Made by a program: the position numbers and the translations under genes
Part shown: positions 58,919 to 64,000 of the stretch, piece by piece
Position numbering within the stretch: the stretch's first letter is position 1
Layout: each line of letters opens with the position of its first letter
The notes under the pieces: generated by a model
Seen by the model: only the letters and a program-made list of their open reading frames with translations
Told to the model about the DNA's origin: nothing
Databases searched by the model: none
NCBI GenBank assembly: GCA_016699795.1
Contig: CP065011.1
Coordinates: 290,474-354,473 of the forward strand
Source of the DNA: Candidatus Moraniibacteriota bacterium
GTDB lineage: Bacteria; Patescibacteriota; Minisyncoccia; Moranbacterales; GCA-2747515
Direction of reading: 5' to 3'
DNA: 64,000 nucleotides

Positions 58919-59343
58919 CTTTTTTGGAGAAAATGCTTCCTAAAAGTTAAAATATTTTTAAGCGCCACCTATCCGTACAAAATACTGTGTCGGAATTATC
59001 GCTTTAGATTTCAACACCTCATTAGCAGAAAACACGCACAAGAGAGTTTCTTCGTTTTTTTGAGAAGCTATTTTTATTTTATAGACAAAAGCATTTCCTC
59101 TATGTTTTTTGAGAAAGTCCAACTCATTTCGAGAAAGGTAAAAAAAGACATCAACCCCCTTTTTTTCTACTTATTATCTATGTTGTATTGTAAAGGTATA
59201 GCAACCTTGGTAAAGTAAGATAATAAAAGATTAAAAAAATTAGTTTTACCATGGATAAAAATTGGCATAATTCTAAGAAAAAAAACATTTGCTGTATTTT
59301 TCCAATAACAAAAGTTAAAATATAAATAATTAGGCACACCTTT

Positions 59344-60156
59344 ATGAATAGTTTTGAACAGTTTAATACAAAAATAAATAGAGCTCGGATTGTGATTATT
59401 TTCTGTATTACATTATTTATTGTATTTCTAATAAATCAACTGCCTATAAATAAAAATCAAGAAAATATAAAAACTCCTGATCCAATTAAAGAAAAAATGG
59501 AAACTAAAGAATCTCCATCAATATCAACGATAGAAGATCTTACATTTAATACTCCAGAAGAAATAGCTACATGGATACAGAATAATCCGAATGACCCAAG
59601 AATAAACGAAGTCAAGCAAAAATTTAAATCAATGGGATATTCCATAGAAGAATTTACAAAAGATCAAGAAGCACCACAAGCAACAGATCCTTCTGATAGA
59701 GCATTGAAAGCATCTTTATTTTGGTATAATAATATACCAAAAGAGAGGCAGGATAAAATGAAACAGACATGGGGGGGCGGATCTGATGATCATTATGTTG
59801 CGGTCAAAAACTTCGCAATAGCTTTAGATACGAAAAGAGAATGGTTAATCGATGTGGAATTAATTATCGAGGAATATAAATCTAAACAGAATACTAGTTA
59901 TACACAGCCATCTACTAAAAACCCAAAAACAATACCCTCTAATGAAAATTCGAATTCAGAATTGGATGATATGATTCAAGAAAGTGAAAGAAAAAAGACT
60001 GAAAAATGTCAACGGGATCTTGCTGAATATAACGCTTGTTTAACTGAATATAATGCAGAAATGGCGGAATATAATGCATGTTTAAATCAAGATAATCCTT
60101 ACAAATATTGTTCAAAACCATTCGGGTCTTTTTGTGTTAAGCCCTTTTGTTTCTAA
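59344..60156 (+). CDS. Hypothetical membrane-anchored protein with Cys-containing C-terminal repeats
   Basis: N-terminal TM helix. The C-terminus reads LAEYNACLTEYNAEMAEYNACLNQDNPYKYCSKPFGSFCVKPFCF. Confidence 0.4.
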   Translation: MNSFEQFNTKINRARIVIIFCITLFIVFLINQLPINKNQENIKTPDPIKEKMETKESPSISTIEDLTFNTPEEIATWIQNNPNDPRINEVKQKFKSMGYSIEEFTKDQEAPQATDPSDRALKASLFWYNNIPKERQDKMKQTWGGGSDDHYVAVKNFAIALDTKREWLIDVELIIEEYKSKQNTSYTQPSTKNPKTIPSNENSNSELDDMIQESERKKTEKCQRDLAEYNACLTEYNAEMAEYNACLNQDNPYKYCSKPFGSFCVKPFCF

Positions 60157-60263
60157 TTGATATTCATAAAAGAAGTCATTATTATTCTTATTATTTTAGA
60201 GCTATTCTATTTTTTAGAGAGACTACTTTATACAAGCCAAAATATTTTCTCAAATACCTACTA

Positions 60264-61043
60264 TTATTGTTGTCGTATAGTTTTGTGATATTGTTCTAAA
60301 ACATTATTTATCGCTTGCATCATTTTACTAGAAAGACGCAAGCATCGTTTTAGCTGAATATCTACAGAATCATCCTTGCCAAAATATTTTTCAAGATATC
60401 CTTGTATCGCAGCGTCGGCATAGTAATGCCTACTTTCCAAAACTTTACTATGATTTATTGATCTATACGCATATCTTTTTTCATCAGAAAGATTATCTTG
60501 AAAAAAAAATTTTCTATACCCCTCCACCAATCTCTTGTTTGTTTGATAGTGAAAAGAGGTATTATTTCTCACATCACGAATAATTTCAACTAAATCTCGT
60601 ACCCACAAAACCTCTTGAGGAATATCAGAGAAATTCTTCTTTCTGGTATTTTTTTGAAGAATAAGCAAGATATGTTTCCAAGTACTTTGTGTATCCTCAT
60701 TTGTTTTTTGAATGAAGCTCTGAATATAAGACGATTCAATCATAGATATTTTTTTCGTCATATAATTACAAACTTCGTAGAGCGTGCCAATATACAACCT
60801 CAGAATATGCAAACGAATACCGCCATATTCTCCCGCATGTACTGAAATCTCTTTTTCCTCTGGCTTCTTGCAGCTTTCTACAAAAAGATCATTAAGAAGT
60901 ATAATGTCTTTAAGATCATTAAACATCAAAGAGAAAGTTAAAAGAATTTCTTTTTCTTCTTGATATTGTATTCTTTCCTCCTTTTGTGGAAAAATATCTT
61001 CGGCAAAAAACTTTTGCAGTTTTTTATTTATAAACTCTTTCAT
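60264..61043 (-). CDS. Hypothetical protein
   Basis: 259-aa ORF with no recognisable family. An Rx5H (RNNTSFH) motif suggests, very tentatively, a HEPN-like fold. Confidence 0.4.
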   Translation of the reverse strand: MKEFINKKLQKFFAEDIFPQKEERIQYQEEKEILLTFSLMFNDLKDIILLNDLFVESCKKPEEKEISVHAGEYGGIRLHILRLYIGTLYEVCNYMTKKISMIESSYIQSFIQKTNEDTQSTWKHILLILQKNTRKKNFSDIPQEVLWVRDLVEIIRDVRNNTSFHYQTNKRLVEGYRKFFFQDNLSDEKRYAYRSINHSKVLESRHYYADAAIQGYLEKYFGKDDSVDIQLKRCLRLSSKMMQAINNVLEQYHKTIRQQ

Positions 61044-61322
61044 TGAATTCTACTTTTTCAATATCTCATACTGTTTATAACAGTCTTCTTTTTCTTTTTC
61101 TACACTCTCAATCATTTCATCCCATATGATCTTTTGTCCTTCGTATTTTTCCATAATTTTTTTAGTATTCTCAGTATTTTTTTCTTCAATTTTTTGTAGA
61201 CAAATCAACAACTTCTCTTTTTCTAAATTTTATAGATAAGTATTTATTCATAAAGAATTTTTACGAAAAAATTAAAAAACATTATTCGAATTTTATGAGT
61301 GATAAGAATGGGGATACGAATC

Positions 61323-61940
61323 TTATCTCTTCTTTCCCGATATAATCTCGTAAGTATAGGTAAAATCACTATTTGGATCTACTTTTTTCATATAAAATTC
61401 CTCATTAAAATCCATGAAACTATTTTCGTAAATAACATTTGTTAATTCTTCGTCATGTTCATCGAATTTATTTCCTTCGCTATCAAAAAAATCTATCTTA
61501 ATGCTTAATTTTTCAATTGGATAAGAATTATTATTTTGGATCTTTCCCGTTATCGCAAACTTATTCCCATAATGAGTATTATACGCGTTATACGGATCAG
61601 AAGATTGCTCTAATTGAAAACTTAAAAGAGAGAGTTTATCGGCATCAATAGTATTTCGATCACTTTCTTCATTGAGGGTGTTTTGTATTACCTCTTCTCT
61701 TTTTCGATTTTCTGCTTGAATATCAATCGCACCTCTGCTTTTTGCACATACCTCAAGAAGAAATTCCTTTTCATTCGTTGACTTTGCGGATAAATAATCT
61801 GGGGATTTTTGAAGGGCATCTAGACATTCTTTATAAGCATTTCTTTCCATATGGGGTTGTATAATTAGAACATGCATTAAAATTGCAACGACAATAATTA
61901 TGCCAATAAGCAAGAGTGTCTTGAATGTAGTAGTCTTCAT
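61323..61940 (-). CDS. Hypothetical membrane-anchored protein
   Basis: 205-aa ORF with an N-terminal TM helix, then a soluble domain. Confidence 0.4.
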   Translation of the reverse strand: MKTTTFKTLLLIGIIIVVAILMHVLIIQPHMERNAYKECLDALQKSPDYLSAKSTNEKEFLLEVCAKSRGAIDIQAENRKREEVIQNTLNEESDRNTIDADKLSLLSFQLEQSSDPYNAYNTHYGNKFAITGKIQNNNSYPIEKLSIKIDFFDSEGNKFDEHDEELTNVIYENSFMDFNEEFYMKKVDPNSDFTYTYEIISGKKR

Positions 61941-62235
61941 ATTCCTTTAATTTTAGGTAATTAGTGTAAAACATAATCAAAATAGATATAAATGAACAAC
62001 TTGAAAAGATTTTCGTTTCTATGGTTACATTGGAAGTCCGCTCATCTCTTGCATTATAGCACCACTTATTTTTCACTTGTAATTCTCAATCCTTCCTCCA
62101 ACTCCTCCACCTTTACTCTCTTTTGCTCCAATGCTTTTTTAAAAGCGATATTTTCAACATTCATTTCCATTTAAAATTCAAATTATTTTTTAATTATCAC
62201 CTTTTTATTTTATAAAAAATAGAGGTTTATTTCTC

Positions 62236-63648
62236 TCAAATATTTTGTGTAAAAAATTCTTGCAAACTTTCAATAGAAATTCGTTTTTGTTCCATACTGT
62301 CACGATCACGGACAGTAACGGTATCGTCATTGAGAGTGTCAAAATCTATAGTTACACAATACGGTGTTCCAATTTCATCTTGTCGACGATATCGTTTTCC
62401 CACATTGCCATTATCATCAAATTCACATATCCACCTATCTCGAAGAAGATCGAAAACTCCACGAGCTTTATCCACTAATTCCATCTTATTTTTCAAAAGA
62501 GGGAAAATAGCAATTTTTACAGGAGCAAGTTTTTTGGGAAGACGAAGAACTGTTCGAACATCTCCTCCTTCCATCTCTTCTTCTGTATACGCATCGGTCA
62601 AAACTGCCAAAAACATTCGGTCCAATCCCACAGATGTTTCAACAATCCAAGGTAAATATTTTTCATTCGTATACGGATCACGATAACTCAAATCTTTTCC
62701 AGAAAATTTACTGTGTTGAGTAAGATCATAGTCACTCCTATTATGAATACCTTCAAGTTCTTTAAAACCAAAGGGAAAATTGTATTCAATATCCCACGCT
62801 GCTTTAGCGTAAAATACAAGATTTTCATGTTCATGCCATTTTAGATTCTTTTCTTGTATGCCAAGATCAAGATAAAACTGCCACCTCTTTTCTCGCCACT
62901 CTTCATAAACTTCCGATGCTTCCTCTGGACGTACAAAATATTGCATCTCCATTTGTTCGAACTCACGTTTTCTAAAAATAAATTGGCGAGCCGTAATTTC
63001 ATTACGAAAGGCTTTACCTATTTGTGCTATACCAAAAGGTACTTTCATCCGCGTACTATCCAAAACATTTTTGAAATTTACATAGATTCCCTGGCAGGTT
63101 TCTCCTCTAAGATAGGTTGGCTGTTTCGCCCAATCTCCGGTAAAATTTCCTAGATTAGATTGGACCAAAAGATTAAATTTTTTCGCATCAGAAAAGTCCT
63201 TTCCCCCACATTTCGGACATACTATTTTCTCTTTAACACTTTCAAAAAGTTTTTGTATTTCTTCTTCGCTCATTTTTTCATCAGCAAAGACTCTTGCGTC
63301 TTCCAATGCATGATCCACACGTATTCTCGTATGACATGTCTTACATTCGCTCAAAGGATCGCTAAAACCATTCACATGACCAGAGGCTTCCCAAACTTTA
63401 GGATGCATAAAAATAGCGCTATCAAGCCCTACAATGTTTTCATGAGTTTGTACCATTGCCTTCCACCACGCATCACGAATATTTCGTGCAAGCTCAACAC
63501 CATACGGACCAAAATCATAAACAGCAGCAAATCCTCCATAAATTTCACTCGAAGGAAAAACAAAACCACGACGCTTAGCAAAAGAAACAATTTTATCCAT
63601 AGTATCCATAAAATATTGTGCTACAAATATATTTCCAATGTACGACAA
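62236..63648 (-). CDS. glyQS: Glycine--tRNA ligase (alpha2 type; likely start ~63600-63609)
   Basis: N-terminus VSFAKRRGFVFPSSEIYGGFAAVYDFGPYGVELARNI, class II motifs, and a C-terminal anticodon-binding domain. Confidence 0.85.
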   Translation of the reverse strand: MSYIGNIFVAQYFMDTMDKIVSFAKRRGFVFPSSEIYGGFAAVYDFGPYGVELARNIRDAWWKAMVQTHENIVGLDSAIFMHPKVWEASGHVNGFSDPLSECKTCHTRIRVDHALEDARVFADEKMSEEEIQKLFESVKEKIVCPKCGGKDFSDAKKFNLLVQSNLGNFTGDWAKQPTYLRGETCQGIYVNFKNVLDSTRMKVPFGIAQIGKAFRNEITARQFIFRKREFEQMEMQYFVRPEEASEVYEEWREKRWQFYLDLGIQEKNLKWHEHENLVFYAKAAWDIEYNFPFGFKELEGIHNRSDYDLTQHSKFSGKDLSYRDPYTNEKYLPWIVETSVGLDRMFLAVLTDAYTEEEMEGGDVRTVLRLPKKLAPVKIAIFPLLKNKMELVDKARGVFDLLRDRWICEFDDNGNVGKRYRRQDEIGTPYCVTIDFDTLNDDTVTVRDRDSMEQKRISIESLQEFFTQNI

Positions 63649-63706
63649 ATACCCAAAAAGAGCAAAAAAATGCTTTTTATTGAAAAACGTTTGAAGGAAT
63701 TATTCT

Positions 63707-63883
63707 TTAATTTCCATCATTCTCATAATACATCTCGGGAGGAGAAATTTCATATGCAGCTTCTTCTGAAGAGTTTTTTTCATTTTTCTTTATTTGTAAG
63801 GATGCCACCAAAATAAAAAGGAGAAGCGCTAAACTCAAAAGAAGAACAATAAGTACTTTTTGTGTTTGGGTTTCTTTTTTCAT
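63707..63883 (-). CDS. Possible 58-aa membrane mini-protein (MKKETQTQKVLIVLLLSLALLLFILVASL...)
   Basis: ORF found by manual translation, below the track's 60-aa cutoff. One TM helix. Confidence 0.25.
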   Translation of the reverse strand: MKKETQTQKVLIVLLLSLALLLFILVASLQIKKNEKNSSEEAAYEISPPEMYYENDGN

Positions 63884-64000
63884 ATTTTTTTCTACGTACT
63901 ATCTTTTAAAATATTCTTTTATTTTTCTACTATCTCCCCAGAAATTTCACTCTTTTTCAAAGATGAAAATAAGGAGCTCTCTATCATCATTTAACGTTTA

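Noticed and set aside
59030-59110. A 25-codon minus-strand ORF (MSFFTFLEMSWTFSKNIEEMLLSIK) in the intergenic region near the palindrome.
   Set aside because: Too short. It has no RBS or conservation evidence.
1-64000. CRISPR array, or a diversity-generating retroelement acting on the giant proteins.
   Set aside because: No short, regularly spaced direct repeats occur outside coding sequence. The duplicated block is 100% identical rather than adenine-mutagenised, and no reverse-transcriptase ORF is present in the window.
1-64000. An alternative genetic code (UGA or UAA recoding), as in some CPR lineages.
   Set aside because: All long housekeeping genes (ileS, pheT, metG, glyQS, ugd) read through as intact standard-code ORFs of the expected lengths.

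Overview
This window is AT-rich and gene-dense, with almost all genes on the minus strand. The gene content suggests a small-genome CPR/Patescibacteria-like bacterium. That call is an inference from several features: an insert-bearing type-2 IleRS, an alpha2-type GlyRS, DUF4012, DKNYY and LCP proteins, and giant Thr/Ser/Gly-rich surface proteins. No rRNA, tRNA or CRISPR array could be supported.

Housekeeping genes present are pheT, pheS, tyrS, ileS, metG, glyQS, pth, obg, rsmI and ugd, plus an M16 and an M20 peptidase, an AI-2E transporter and a DedA-like protein.

Two paralogous giant surface-protein genes dominate the window. One is complete (38907-46406, about 2.47k aa). The other runs off the window start (1-3844). 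They share a 1982-bp block of perfect identity and also conserved upstream leader elements.

A cell-envelope glycopolymer locus spans about 13.9-36.9 kb. It contains a UPF0104 flippase-like protein, two GT4 enzymes, ugd, a GT2, DUF4012, a LamG protein, a Wzy_C-TPR protein and an LCP protein.

ileS carries an inserted histidine-phosphatase (PGAM-like) domain and is followed by a CDGSH-like Cys-rich mini-protein and a DUF1003 protein. A frameshift-ridden beta-propeller/Ig surface-protein gene has a poly-A/G tract in its promoter region.

An accessory block at 54.1-62.2 kb holds an m5C methyltransferase, a putative PD-(D/E)xK endonuclease, a divergent SAH-hydrolase-like protein, a Nudix hydrolase, a kinase-like protein, a 39-bp perfect palindrome and three unknown proteins.
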